In this document: positions 48,256 to 59,299 of the stretch, piece by piece
Numbering within the stretch: position 1 is the first letter of the stretch
How the letters are laid out: every line of letters begins with the position of its first letter
Origin: Candidatus Bathyarchaeota archaeon
GTDB lineage: Archaea > Thermoproteota > Bathyarchaeia > Bathyarchaeales > Bathycorpusculaceae
DNA: 64,000 nucleotides
Direction: 5' to 3'
Assembly (NCBI GenBank): GCA_963826715.1
Contig: CAWGYA010000007.1
Location: 192,001 to 256,000 of the forward strand
Notes under the pieces: model-generated
Told to the model about the DNA's origin: nothing
The model's input: only the letters and a program-made list of their open reading frames with translations
Databases searched by the model: none
Translations under genes and position numbers: made by a program

Positions 48256-50381
48256 TGAAGTTTGTCCTAAAACGTGATAGTAAATTAGAACCCTTCGATC
48301 AAGAACGCATAACAATCGCAATTTGGAAAGCCGCAAAAGCAGTTGGCGGCAAAGATAAATCGCAAGCAAAGCGTGTCAGTGACCAAGTTGTTTCTGAATT
48401 GCAGAGACTCTACGGCGACGATGGGGTGCCAACAGTTGAGGAAGTTCAAGACCTCGTTGAAAAGCAGTTAATAGAAAACAGCCATGCCTCCACTGCTAAA
48501 GCATACATACTTTACCGCAAACAACACACTGACATGCGTGAACTCGCAGCGTTACTGAGTTCTTCGGACATGGTTGATCAGTACCTTGAGGTCGCAGACT
48601 GGCGCGTAAAAGAAAACAGTAACATGAGTTATTCGCTTCAGGGTTTAAACAATTATCTCTCATCCGCTGTTATTGCTAAATACTGGATAGCCCGTATATA
48701 CCCAGAAAGCATTGCTGCTTCTCACTTCGCAGGCGACATACACATCCACGATCTCGGCGTTTTGGGACCATACTGTGTTGGTTGGGACATAAGCGACCTT
48801 TTACTATCTGGCTTTGGTGGTGTGCACGGCAAAATTGAGAGCAAACCTGCTAAACACTTACGGACCGCCCTTGGGCAAGTGGTAAACTTCTTCTACACTC
48901 TACAAGGTGAAGCAGCTGGCGCACAGGCGTTTAGCAACTTTGACACTTATTTGGCTCCCTTCATAAAATACGATAATCTCTCACAGAGGGATGTGGAGCA
49001 GGCGCTACAGGAATTCTTTTTCAACATGAACGTTCCCACCCGCGTCGGCTTCCAAACACCATTCACCAACCTCACGTTGGATTTAACAGTGCCTGATTTC
49101 ATGAAGGATGAAGCTGTACTCTATAATGGCAAAATCACTCAAGACACCTATGGTAGCATGAGCAAGGAGATGGATATGTTCAACACAGCCTTCGCCAAAG
49201 TCATGGCGCAGGGCGATTCCAAAGGCAGAGTATTCACCTTCCCCATCCCCACATACAACATAACCAAAGACTTCGACTGGGACTCGCCTGTTTCGCAGGC
49301 AATCTTTGAAGTCACCGCCAAATATGGTGTTCCATACTTCAGCAACTTTGTTAACAGTGACATGAAACCCGAAGACGTCCGCAGTATGTGCTGCCGCCTT
49401 CGTATCGATAACCGTGAACTGCGCAAACGCGGCGGTGGATTCTTTGGCGCTAATCCCCTTACCGGCAGCATTGGAGTTGTCACTCTAAACCTTCCTCGTA
49501 TAGGATACCTCTCCAAAAATGAAGACGAATTCTTTGAACGCCTTGAAACGTTGATGGAGACCGCCAAAGCTAGCCTAGAACTGAAGCGAAAGGTGCTTGA
49601 ATCCTTCACGGAAAGCGGATTGTACCCCTATTCTCGTCGTTATCTGCGTCATATTAAAGATGGTTATGATAAATTCTGGAAAAACCACTTCTCCACTATA
49701 GGAATAGTCGGAGTTAACGAAGCCATACTGAATTTGCTTGGACAAAACATTGCCTCACATGATGGACAAGCCTTTGCAGTTAAGATGCTTACGTTTATGC
49801 GTAAACGCTTAGCGGATTACCAAGAGGAAACAGGCAGCATATACAACCTTGAAGCAACCCCTGCCGAGGGTACCTCTTATCGGCTTGCACGTTTAGACAA
49901 GAAACGATACCGCGACATTATCTTTGCCAATCAAAAACATATGGTTGCAGAACATGCTGAACCCTTCTACACAAACTCCTCACAGTTGCCTGTGGATTTC
50001 TCAGGTGATCTCTTCGAAGCTCTGGAGCATCAAGAAACTCTGCAGACACTCTATACAGGCGGGACGGTTTTCCATATTTTCCTCGGTGAACGCCTCAACT
50101 CATGGAAATCCGCAGCGGAACTTATCAAAAAAGTCAGTTGGAACTCGCATCTGCCTTACTTCACGCTGAGCCCGACCTTTAGCATATGCCCAACCCATGG
50201 CTATACAAACGGGGAACACAAAAACTGTCCAACCTGTGGAACACGATGTGAAGTGTACTCGCGAGTAGTTGGTTACTTGCGTCCGGTTGATCAATGGAAC
50301 GACGGTAAACAATCTGAATTCGCTATACGTAAAACCTTTGACCGCTCATCCGTGATGGCATCTGCACCCCTATCAGTATAG
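48255..50381 (+). CDS. nrdD: Anaerobic (class III) ribonucleoside-triphosphate reductase
   Basis: ATP cone, IHIHDL, SMCCRL, TPAEG and glycyl-radical loop YSRVVGYLRP. Confidence 0.95.
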   Translation: MKFVLKRDSKLEPFDQERITIAIWKAAKAVGGKDKSQAKRVSDQVVSELQRLYGDDGVPTVEEVQDLVEKQLIENSHASTAKAYILYRKQHTDMRELAALLSSSDMVDQYLEVADWRVKENSNMSYSLQGLNNYLSSAVIAKYWIARIYPESIAASHFAGDIHIHDLGVLGPYCVGWDISDLLLSGFGGVHGKIESKPAKHLRTALGQVVNFFYTLQGEAAGAQAFSNFDTYLAPFIKYDNLSQRDVEQALQEFFFNMNVPTRVGFQTPFTNLTLDLTVPDFMKDEAVLYNGKITQDTYGSMSKEMDMFNTAFAKVMAQGDSKGRVFTFPIPTYNITKDFDWDSPVSQAIFEVTAKYGVPYFSNFVNSDMKPEDVRSMCCRLRIDNRELRKRGGGFFGANPLTGSIGVVTLNLPRIGYLSKNEDEFFERLETLMETAKASLELKRKVLESFTESGLYPYSRRYLRHIKDGYDKFWKNHFSTIGIVGVNEAILNLLGQNIASHDGQAFAVKMLTFMRKRLADYQEETGSIYNLEATPAEGTSYRLARLDKKRYRDIIFANQKHMVAEHAEPFYTNSSQLPVDFSGDLFEALEHQETLQTLYTGGTVFHIFLGERLNSWKSAAELIKKVSWNSHLPYFTLSPTFSICPTHGYTNGEHKNCPTCGTRCEVYSRVVGYLRPVDQWNDGKQSEFAIRKTFDRSSVMASAPLSV

Positions 50382-50394
50382 GTGAAGACTAAAA

Positions 50395-51072
50395 GTGAAG
50401 TTTAGTGGATTACAAAAAACAAGCCTCCTCGACTATCCTGATCACATAGCTTCAGTGCTGTTCACTCCAGGCTGCAACCTCCGTTGCCCCTACTGCCATA
50501 ATTGGAAAATCGCTACAAACCCCCAACCTCCTTTTCTTCAAGAAGGTGCTGCCCTCTCAATTTTAGAGAGTCGCAAAAAATACGTTGACTCCGTAGTCAT
50601 CACTGGTGGCGAACCGTGTATGCACAAGGAGCTGCCTCGGTTCATCACAAAACTCAAAGAACGAGGCTTTCAAGTTAAGCTAGACACAAACGGCTTCTTC
50701 CCAGTTACGCTAGAAGAATGTCTCGACAAAGTCGATTATGTAGCCATGGACATTAAGACTAGCCCCGAAAAATATTCCCTTTTAGGTCAAGACAGCAATG
50801 CTGATTTGAGGAGTTCGGTTGAACTGCTCCGGACAGGTAACGTCAAATATGAATTTCGTACAACAGTTGCTCCTGAAATAGTTACTAAGCAAGACATTGA
50901 TGCGATGGGCGAGATGGTTAGAGATGCAAAGCTACATGTTCTTCAACAGTTTATCCCTGAGAGCACACTGGACAAACGTTATCAAACACTAAAGCCTTAC
51001 TCGCCCGACGAAATCCGTGAGTTCGGTGAAATTTTAAAAAAATATTGCCAAAAAGTTGAGTTTAGGCTTTAA
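50395..51072 (+). CDS. nrdG: Anaerobic RNR activating radical SAM protein
   Basis: GCNLRCPYCHN, TGGEP and DTNG motifs; follows nrdD. Confidence 0.92.
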   Translation: MKFSGLQKTSLLDYPDHIASVLFTPGCNLRCPYCHNWKIATNPQPPFLQEGAALSILESRKKYVDSVVITGGEPCMHKELPRFITKLKERGFQVKLDTNGFFPVTLEECLDKVDYVAMDIKTSPEKYSLLGQDSNADLRSSVELLRTGNVKYEFRTTVAPEIVTKQDIDAMGEMVRDAKLHVLQQFIPESTLDKRYQTLKPYSPDEIREFGEILKKYCQKVEFRL

Positions 51073-51235
51073 TTTCACTGATTTTTTAACCATAAAAATT
51101 AGCCATTTTTATGCGATTTTTTCACATTAAAATTAAAAAAATATACATTAAAATGTATGCAAATCTTAAATTAAAAAAAGGTTGATAAGGGCAAGTATGC
51201 GCTCGCAAAGCGCATATACTTTTAGGAAAAAAAAG

Positions 51236-53752
51236 ATGAAAACAATAAACAAAAAAACGACAGCGGCATTGTCACTGCTCTTAATAGCAGTTTTTCTTGT
51301 CTCAATGTTTGCTTTACCAACCTCAAATTCCCAGACAACAACTAAAACAAAAGCAACATACGCTGTATGCGGTCTTATGCCAAATCCTGTAGGAATAAAT
51401 CAAGAAGTACTATTATGGATAGGTATCACCGATTATTTGGAGAATGAATCTCAAAGTTGGAAAGGCTTAACTGTTACCGTAACCAAACCCGACGGAATAA
51501 TCGAAACCCTTGGCCCCTTTAAAACTGATGCAACAGGCTCAACAGGCACAGTCTTTGTCCCTGACCAAATAGGTAATTATACCTTCCAAACTCACTTTCC
51601 AGCGCAATGGTTCAACTGGTCTATGCCTTCTATGTTCGACCCTCAGATCAGCGGCAACATATTCTATAAAGCAAGCGATAGTGAAGTAGTAACGCTAGTC
51701 GTTACTGATGAACCAGCTCCTAGCTATCCGTTTAATGCGCTTCCAACAGAATACTGGACACGGCCAATAGATTCCGAACATTATACTTGGAATACAATCT
51801 CAGCCAACTGGCTCCAGATCCCGGTTAACAAAAACGCAATCGATAATGACTTCGCCCCCGAGAGTTCACATATACTTTGGACTAAACCATTAAACCTTGG
51901 AGGTCTTTCTGGAGGATTCAATGATGATCATGGACATGAAACAGGCGATGCCTACGAAGGAAAATTCGCAAACTCTGTTATCCTTGACGGTAGATTATAC
52001 TACAACAGGTACGCACAAGGTTTTAGCGGCGGCTGGGCACAGCAAGGTATCTTTTGCGTAGATCTTAGAACCGGTGAAGAAGTCTGGTTCAAGAACAACA
52101 GTCGATTAGCTTTTGGTCAAACACTCTATTGGGACGCATGGAATATGCACGGAGTTTTCTCATACATCTATACATCGACATCTGAATTTGATTTCGCAAC
52201 CTTTTCTTCAGTCACAACTTGGAATGCGTATGATCCATTAACAGGTGAATACGAATTTAGCATTAGCAACATTCCATCAGCAGGCGCAATGTTTGGCGCA
52301 AGCACCTTGCAAACAGGTCCAAACGGTGAATTTATCATTTACAATATCGATTTGGTGCACGGATGGGTCGCCAAATGGAACTCAACAACTGCAGTTATCG
52401 GATTGCACCCCTCAGGAGATATGAGTGGTGGTAGTTGGGGTTCAGCAGCTAACACACAGCAAACCTTTGACGGAAACCGAGGATACGACTGGAACAAAAC
52501 ACTCACTGCTGGCGCAGGTAATTTACCAGGCGGTATTAGCGCGGTTCTCGATGACAGAGTAATAGGTTCGACTGCTGAAGCATGGGCAGGCATGGGCGAT
52601 AAACCCATCAGTTTATGGGCTTTCAGTCTTGATTCAACCACCAACACGCTACCGACATTATTCAATACTACTTGGACACCACCTGCAGGAGACTTAACGG
52701 TTAGCTTTGGCGATTCGAGTTTACCTGACAAAGTTTTCACGCTTGAAATCAAAGAGAAACGGCAAATCTATGGATTCAACATGGATAATGGTCAGATAAT
52801 TTGGGGTCCAACTGAACCCCAGACACAACTACAAGTCTATGGTATGTCAGGTTGCATCGTTGACGGAAGACTTTTCTCTACTGGGTATGGTGGCATAGTA
52901 TACTGCTATAATGTTACAAACGGAAACCCTCTCTGGACCTATGAAGCAAAAGATCCTTACAACGAAATTCTATGGAGCACTGATTGGCCTCTACAGGTCT
53001 GTTTTGTCGCAGGAGACAAAATCTATCTGTCACACAGCGAACACTCCCCTGTAAATCCTTTACCAAGAGGCGCACCCTTTGTTTGCCTTGACGTCGTTAA
53101 TGGCTCAAAAATTTGGGACATCCCATTGCGTGGAAGCAGTTGGGGTGGCAACGGAATAATTGGCGACAGTATCATCGCAACTTGGAATTCCTATGACGGA
53201 TTAATCTATTCTGTAGGTAAAGGCGAAAGCGCTACAACTGTTATCGGACCCGATATCGGCATTCCCTCAGGCTCCTCAGCTATTATCAGGGGAACCGTTA
53301 CAGACCAATCACCAGGTGCTAAAGGAACACCCGCCATATCTGACGAATCCATGGATGAATGGATGAGGTACATATACATGCAGTTTGATCAACCTATAAA
53401 TGCTTCAGGAGTTCCAGTATCTATAGATTCCATTGATCCCAACGGCAACTTCATTCATCTTGGTGACACAACAAGCGATACAAGTGGTACCTACAGCTTT
53501 AGATGGATTCCACCTGCAGACATTCCAGGTAAGTACACGATAATTGCTACTTTCGCAGGCTCTAATTCGTATTGGCCTTCACACGCAACGACAGCAGTTT
53601 CCGTTGATCCCAGCGCGGAACCAACAGCTATACCGACAGAGGCATTAGTCTCAATGGCTGACACATACATTGTCCCCATTGGCGTGGCAATAATCATAAC
53701 AGTAATTATCGTCGGCGCAATGCTCGCTTTGCTTATGAGAAAACGATCCTAA
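51236..53752 (+). CDS. Secreted, C-terminally anchored PQQ-like beta-propeller protein
   Basis: Signal peptide; PNPVG, LPTEYWTRPI, HILWT, CVDLRTGE..W and EHSP motifs; C-terminal TM plus RKR. Confidence 0.85.
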   Translation: MKTINKKTTAALSLLLIAVFLVSMFALPTSNSQTTTKTKATYAVCGLMPNPVGINQEVLLWIGITDYLENESQSWKGLTVTVTKPDGIIETLGPFKTDATGSTGTVFVPDQIGNYTFQTHFPAQWFNWSMPSMFDPQISGNIFYKASDSEVVTLVVTDEPAPSYPFNALPTEYWTRPIDSEHYTWNTISANWLQIPVNKNAIDNDFAPESSHILWTKPLNLGGLSGGFNDDHGHETGDAYEGKFANSVILDGRLYYNRYAQGFSGGWAQQGIFCVDLRTGEEVWFKNNSRLAFGQTLYWDAWNMHGVFSYIYTSTSEFDFATFSSVTTWNAYDPLTGEYEFSISNIPSAGAMFGASTLQTGPNGEFIIYNIDLVHGWVAKWNSTTAVIGLHPSGDMSGGSWGSAANTQQTFDGNRGYDWNKTLTAGAGNLPGGISAVLDDRVIGSTAEAWAGMGDKPISLWAFSLDSTTNTLPTLFNTTWTPPAGDLTVSFGDSSLPDKVFTLEIKEKRQIYGFNMDNGQIIWGPTEPQTQLQVYGMSGCIVDGRLFSTGYGGIVYCYNVTNGNPLWTYEAKDPYNEILWSTDWPLQVCFVAGDKIYLSHSEHSPVNPLPRGAPFVCLDVVNGSKIWDIPLRGSSWGGNGIIGDSIIATWNSYDGLIYSVGKGESATTVIGPDIGIPSGSSAIIRGTVTDQSPGAKGTPAISDESMDEWMRYIYMQFDQPINASGVPVSIDSIDPNGNFIHLGDTTSDTSGTYSFRWIPPADIPGKYTIIATFAGSNSYWPSHATTAVSVDPSAEPTAIPTEALVSMADTYIVPIGVAIIITVIIVGAMLALLMRKRS

Positions 53753-53929
53753 ATATCTCTCTCCTTTCCCTTCCTTTTTTCTTTTGTAGTTAAGATTCTT
53801 AATCAAAAATGACTACAAAGGTTAACTGATTGAAAACCAAAAATGGCTTTTAAAAAAAATAGCTAAAAAATTTCTATGCTTCTTTACCTCTCAGAGATGA
53901 TGGGAAGATAGAAACATGAGGGCTTAAGG

Positions 53930-54841
53930 TTACTTTACCACTTTTTGCCAGTTTTCAACCCTATCAAGGAACTCTTGTACAGGTTGCCCGCCGAAGCTTC
54001 TCAGTTTTTGTCGCAATTCAGTTTTCTCGACAGCTGCTTTCTGAAAATCAAGCATTTCTTTTTTTCCATCAATCAGGTAGAGAAAGCCATTTACGCCTCC
54101 AACGCGTCCGCAGCGGACAGTGACAGTGAGTAACTCGGCGGGGGTGGGTACATCTTGAGGGATGTCGCCTGGACCGTAAACATAGAGGCTTATGTAGAAT
54201 GGTTTTTTGAGCAGTTTCTTGAAGCCTCGGGTCAGCATTTCCCAATACCATGGTGTAGCGTAATTTTTGCTAAACATGACCACGTTAAAAGCGTCGGCGT
54301 ATTTGGCTGAGTCTTCAAAATCCACACCATAACGTTCAAGTGAACTAACTGGGTCGGGCTGGAGGCTCAAAATAAGTTCCTTTTTAACAACGTCACGGAT
54401 CTGGGCAATGTAATCGGTGACTTCTTTTCGACGCCACTCAATCCAGCTTAAGCCGCTTTTTTGGTAACGTTGTGTACATCTAGGGCAGGTGCAATGTCCG
54501 TGCTCGGCGAAGTATTGACTGTTTAGACAGATACCTTGTGATTGCCTATCGACTTCGGCCATATATTTGAGTTGTTCTTCGCGGTAGTCAGGTTGGGTTG
54601 CACAGAGAACGCTCCAGTAAATATTAAAATTGTTGTTTCCAAATTTGGCTGGCCCTAGCGGGGATTGTGAAATCCAGTCCGGGTGAGTTTGGCCAGTTTG
54701 TGTATCTGCAAAGACAGCGATGTTGCTGTACATGTCTGAAACTGGCTTTAGTCTTAGACCTGTTTCGGGTTTGACCCGGAAAACGTGGAAGTCAAAACCT
54801 TCTGGTTTTTGTGGTTGGAATGTAAGTGTGCCGAACTTCAT
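53930..54841 (-). CDS. Hypothetical protein with CxCxxC motif (possible TIM-barrel, glycoside-hydrolase-like)
   Basis: HCTCPRC...WIEWRR...ERYGVDF pattern; fold is inferred. Confidence 0.55.
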   Translation of the reverse strand: MKFGTLTFQPQKPEGFDFHVFRVKPETGLRLKPVSDMYSNIAVFADTQTGQTHPDWISQSPLGPAKFGNNNFNIYWSVLCATQPDYREEQLKYMAEVDRQSQGICLNSQYFAEHGHCTCPRCTQRYQKSGLSWIEWRRKEVTDYIAQIRDVVKKELILSLQPDPVSSLERYGVDFEDSAKYADAFNVVMFSKNYATPWYWEMLTRGFKKLLKKPFYISLYVYGPGDIPQDVPTPAELLTVTVRCGRVGGVNGFLYLIDGKKEMLDFQKAAVEKTELRQKLRSFGGQPVQEFLDRVENWQKVVK

Positions 54842-55270
54842 TTGGATTGCCTATTGGGGCAATGAAGCGCTGTTGTTTTATAAGGTTTTTTGCTGAGGAA
54901 GCGAAAATGAAAATTTGTTTTATAGAGCTGTTACTATGTGAGGAAGGTTATTTTAATTGAAGTTTTCATAATTATTGATTGTCTGAGCTGTTGTAATTCA
55001 CATATTGACTGGTGAAAGCGTTATGTTTTTTTGTTTTCTTTGTTAATGATTGATTGTTTATTTTTTTAGTTACTTTTTGAATATCTTTTTATTTTTAGCT
55101 TTGATGTTTAGTTTATTTTGGATAATTGCCTTGCTTTTGAACAAAAATTTGGATGTTTATTTAGTAATTTGATTGTGAAACAACCAAATGGATAGTTTTA
55201 AATAGTAGAATGTTGTAATTGCACAGATAATAAAGAAAAAAATAAACAAATGTCGAGAGGAATATGTAAA

Positions 55271-56560
55271 ATGGCGTCAGGAGATATAGCTTGGATAATA
55301 ACTGCAACAGCTTTAGTCATGTTAATGACTCCCGCGTTAGGATTTTTTTATGGAGGATTAGTCCGCAAAAAGAACCTTATATCAACTATTGTGCAATGCT
55401 TTGTCATTTTTGCAGTCATAAGCATAGTCTGGGCTCTCTGGGGATACAGTCTAGTTTTTGGCGAATCCATCGGTGGAGTCATAGGTTTCAGTCCAGGATT
55501 ACTGGGGATGGGAAACCTGAGCATAAGCTTCGTTAACACTTCACTCGCACCAGAAATTCCTGAACTGTTATTCTTTGCGTTTCAGCTTAAGTTCGCCGCT
55601 ATCACTCCTGCTTTGATTATCGGTGCATGTGCAGAACGTATACGCTTTAAGTCGTTGCTCATCTTTATGGTGCTTTGGTCTACTATCATCTACGTTCCAA
55701 TCGCACATTGGGTATGGAACCCCGATGGGTGGCTCAAAGGCATAGGGGCCATTGACTTTGCAGGAGGAATCGTTGTGCACGTTGCAGCAGGAATATCTGC
55801 GCTTGCAGCAGCACTAGTCGTAGGTAGAAGACAAAGTGAAAGTTGTCCAACTTCCGGAGGCAGTTCAATTCCATGGAAAACCCACATGGTAAAGCTAGAT
55901 GCGCCCCCGCCAGCTTTCAAACCAACAAACATCCCATATGTCTTGTTGGGGGCCGCATTGCTGTGGTTCGGCTGGTTCGGATTCAACGCAGGTAGTTCCC
56001 TTGCCGCAAACGACTTAGCTGCATCAGCACTAGTCACTACAAACCTTGCAGCTGCAGGAGCAGCAGTCAGCTGGATGATCGCGGACTGGGTAATCAAAGG
56101 CAAACCTTCCGCAGTCGGTGTGGCAATCGGTGCTGTAGTTGGTTTAGTTGCAATTACGCCAGCAGCGGGCTTTGTCAGTGTTCCAGCTGCGATGATTATC
56201 GGTTTATCAGCCGGAGTCATCTCAAACTTAGTAGCTAACTGGCGGGCTGGCAGATCACGAATCGACGACTCACTTGATGTATTTGCATGTCATGGCATTG
56301 GTGGTCTTTGGGGTTCAATTGCCACAGGTATCTTTGCTTCTGCTGCGATCGGCGGGGTCAACGGCTTGATCTTCGGGAACGTTGGTCAATTCATTGCACA
56401 GCTTGAAGCTCTTGCAGTGGTTGTTCCGTTTGCTTTTTTCGGCTCGTATGCCCTGCTGAAGGTTGTGAACATATTCTCTCCACTGCGTGTGAGTGCCAAA
56501 GCTGAAGATGCAGGATTAGACCTAAGCGAGCACGGCGAAGAAGCCTACCAGCTTGACTGA
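55271..56560 (+). CDS. amt: Ammonium transporter
   Basis: LVMLMTP, FYGGLVR, DFAGGIVVH, WFGWFGFNAGS, DDSLDVFACHG and GLDLSEHGEEAY motifs. Confidence 0.96.
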   Translation: MASGDIAWIITATALVMLMTPALGFFYGGLVRKKNLISTIVQCFVIFAVISIVWALWGYSLVFGESIGGVIGFSPGLLGMGNLSISFVNTSLAPEIPELLFFAFQLKFAAITPALIIGACAERIRFKSLLIFMVLWSTIIYVPIAHWVWNPDGWLKGIGAIDFAGGIVVHVAAGISALAAALVVGRRQSESCPTSGGSSIPWKTHMVKLDAPPPAFKPTNIPYVLLGAALLWFGWFGFNAGSSLAANDLAASALVTTNLAAAGAAVSWMIADWVIKGKPSAVGVAIGAVVGLVAITPAAGFVSVPAAMIIGLSAGVISNLVANWRAGRSRIDDSLDVFACHGIGGLWGSIATGIFASAAIGGVNGLIFGNVGQFIAQLEALAVVVPFAFFGSYALLKVVNIFSPLRVSAKAEDAGLDLSEHGEEAYQLD

Positions 56561-56746
56561 TAGTTAAGCTTCACTTCCTTTTTTTATTTTTTTGTTTTAG
56601 TCTTGATACAGTTTGTAGTTTTGCTTTTAATTTAATTAGTTTCCCTATGATGACTTTTAGATAAGTTTTAAATAGATTAATTTCGTATAAAAGCGGCATA
56701 CACTAATTCAATATGGTGTATTATTATAAAAATAGGAGAAAAGAAC

Positions 56747-59299
56747 TTGATAAACAACAAAACAATAGCTAAGATAATGGCAATTATACTGACAATAGCA
56801 ATAGCAATACCAATAGTCGGCATGCAGACTGCAAGTGCAGATAACGAAGGAGTAACCTACGCTTACATCGGCGCAACACCAAACCCCGTAGGAATCGGTC
56901 AAGAAACACTGCTACACTTAGGCATTTCTCACCCAACCGCTTGGCCACAAGTGGGTTGGGTAGGTATGACCGTAGTAGTTACTCACCCAGATGGGCACAA
57001 CGAGACCTTGGGACCATTCACCACTGACCCAACCGGTGGAACAGGTACAGTCTTAATTCCTACCGAAGTGGGCAACTATACTCTGCAAACCTTCTTCCCT
57101 GAACAAAAACTAACAACTGCAGCATACGGTACACCAGAAAATACAACAATGCAAGCAAGTATTAGTCCACCTTTAACATTAGTTGTACAGGAAGAACCTA
57201 CCTCTGTACATCAACAATATCCGCTCCCTTCCGAATACTGGTCACGCCCAATTAATTCCCAATTCTGGGCATGGAATGACATTGCAGGCAACTGGCTCGC
57301 ATATAGACGAGGAACTGATTTCGCTCCATCCTCATCGATCGCGCCATATACCACAGGACCCGAAACCGGTCACATACTATGGACTGAACCCCTCGTTCTC
57401 GGCGGACTAGCCGGCGGCGTAGAAGTTGGTCCACACAGTTATGACATTGGAGACGCTTATGAAGGCAGATGGGGACACAACTCTGGCAATGGAGGACCTG
57501 TAATAATCCAAGGAATACTATTCTACAACATCTATCAAAGCGACGGAACTGATGCACTGGAACAAACAGTCAAAGCAGTAGACTTAAAATCCGGCGAACT
57601 TCTCTGGGAAAGACAATTAACTGATTCCGAAGGCAATGTACACAGACTCGCTTTTGGACAAGTATTTTACTTTGATGGCTTTAACCAGCACAGTGTCTAT
57701 GCATATCTCTGGGCAGTTGATGGAAGTACATGGCATGCATTTGACCCACTAACAGGAAGATGGGTCTACAGTATGACAGATGTACCCAATTCCAGCAACC
57801 GAGTATATGCTGAAAACGGCGAAATCTACACATACGGTATTAACCTCAACCAAAACACTCTTACCTGGTGGAATTCAAGCAAAGTAGTCGAAGAAACTCG
57901 ACGCGAATTATCCCGCGACTATGATACTGATTCATCTCGAGGCAGCTGGATTAGACAATACAATGGAATGGTACTCAACGGAAGCTTAGGCATTGAATGG
58001 GTAAAGGCTATCGGAGGACAACCAACCGGGACAAGAATTTTGCCTGGTTCTGCATACAAAATGCGCGATGGTGTAATCCTTGGCGCGAACTTCCAACGCG
58101 GAGCAGCTGCACCTTCACCTGCAGCAATGTGGGCAATTAGCTTACAGTCAGGACATGAAGGACAAATACTATTCAACACCACCTACACATTCCCACCTAA
58201 TGCGCACATGAGCATTGAAGATGCAAGCCCAGAAGACAACGCTTTTAGCATCGCTTCTCAAGAAACAACACAGGTTTGGGTCTTCGACCTAAGCACAGGT
58301 CAAAAAGTATGGGGACCATCCGCCTCGCAGAATTACCAAGACCAATTCGGCTACGCTTCAGGAAACCGTTGGGATGTCATATACAATGGCACACTCTACA
58401 CGGGCAACTGGGGCGGAACATTATACGCTTATGATATACAAACAGGCAATCTTAAATGGAGATATGATATTGTTGACACCCACAACCAAATCCTCTGGGG
58501 CAACAACTGGCCACTACGAATTGCATTCATCGCTGACGGCAAAATATACCTCGAACACACTGAGCACTCACCAGTTGATCCACTTCCACTCGGTGCACCA
58601 TTCACTGCTGTTGACCTAGAAACCGGCGAAAAAGTCTTTGACATAACCATCCGCGGAACAGAATGGGGTTCAACTCCAATTATTGCTGATGGCGTAATTG
58701 CGATGTTTAACACCTACGACGGTCAAATATACAGTATCGGCAAGGGTCCAAGCTCAACTACTGTCACTGCACCAAACGTTGGCGTTGAAACAGGTAAGTC
58801 AATTGTAATTCGAGGATCAGTGCTTGATGTCTCTGCTGGCACAACCCAAACCTCAATCGCTGCTCGTTTTCCAAACGGTGTCGCTGCTGTCTCCGACGAT
58901 AGCATGACTACATGGATGGAATACGTTTACATGCAAACACCTCTTCATTTGGACATTTCAGGCGTTGAAGTCTCAATCGATGTCATTGATGCAAATGGCA
59001 ACTATAGAAACCTTGGTACTGCTATAAGCGACTCTACAGGCATGTTTAGCTACACATGGCAACCAGATATTGAAGGCTCCTACACGGTCTTCGCAACATT
59101 TGCAGGCACTAAATCATACTGGCCATCATACGCAGAAACAACTTTCGTAGCTGATCCTGCAGCAAATGACACACCCCAAGCAACAGCCCAACCTAACTCT
59201 ACTGCTGACACCTACTTTGTCCCAGCAATCGCAGGTCTTATAATTGCCATGGTTATAGGTTTTGCCTTAACCATTCTGCTGCTAAGAAAACGACCATAA
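56747..59299 (+). CDS. Secreted, C-terminally anchored PQQ-like beta-propeller protein (paralog of 51236-53752)
   Basis: Same motif order: PNPVG, LPSEYWSRPI, HILWT, GDAYEG, EHSP, YWPS, then TM plus RKRP. Confidence 0.85.
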   Translation: MINNKTIAKIMAIILTIAIAIPIVGMQTASADNEGVTYAYIGATPNPVGIGQETLLHLGISHPTAWPQVGWVGMTVVVTHPDGHNETLGPFTTDPTGGTGTVLIPTEVGNYTLQTFFPEQKLTTAAYGTPENTTMQASISPPLTLVVQEEPTSVHQQYPLPSEYWSRPINSQFWAWNDIAGNWLAYRRGTDFAPSSSIAPYTTGPETGHILWTEPLVLGGLAGGVEVGPHSYDIGDAYEGRWGHNSGNGGPVIIQGILFYNIYQSDGTDALEQTVKAVDLKSGELLWERQLTDSEGNVHRLAFGQVFYFDGFNQHSVYAYLWAVDGSTWHAFDPLTGRWVYSMTDVPNSSNRVYAENGEIYTYGINLNQNTLTWWNSSKVVEETRRELSRDYDTDSSRGSWIRQYNGMVLNGSLGIEWVKAIGGQPTGTRILPGSAYKMRDGVILGANFQRGAAAPSPAAMWAISLQSGHEGQILFNTTYTFPPNAHMSIEDASPEDNAFSIASQETTQVWVFDLSTGQKVWGPSASQNYQDQFGYASGNRWDVIYNGTLYTGNWGGTLYAYDIQTGNLKWRYDIVDTHNQILWGNNWPLRIAFIADGKIYLEHTEHSPVDPLPLGAPFTAVDLETGEKVFDITIRGTEWGSTPIIADGVIAMFNTYDGQIYSIGKGPSSTTVTAPNVGVETGKSIVIRGSVLDVSAGTTQTSIAARFPNGVAAVSDDSMTTWMEYVYMQTPLHLDISGVEVSIDVIDANGNYRNLGTAISDSTGMFSYTWQPDIEGSYTVFATFAGTKSYWPSYAETTFVADPAANDTPQATAQPNSTADTYFVPAIAGLIIAMVIGFALTILLLRKRP

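Noticed and set aside
54850-55270. NrpR operator upstream of amt
   Set aside because: No GGAA-N6-TTCC found upstream of either amt by eye; only a weak repeated TGTTGTAATT.
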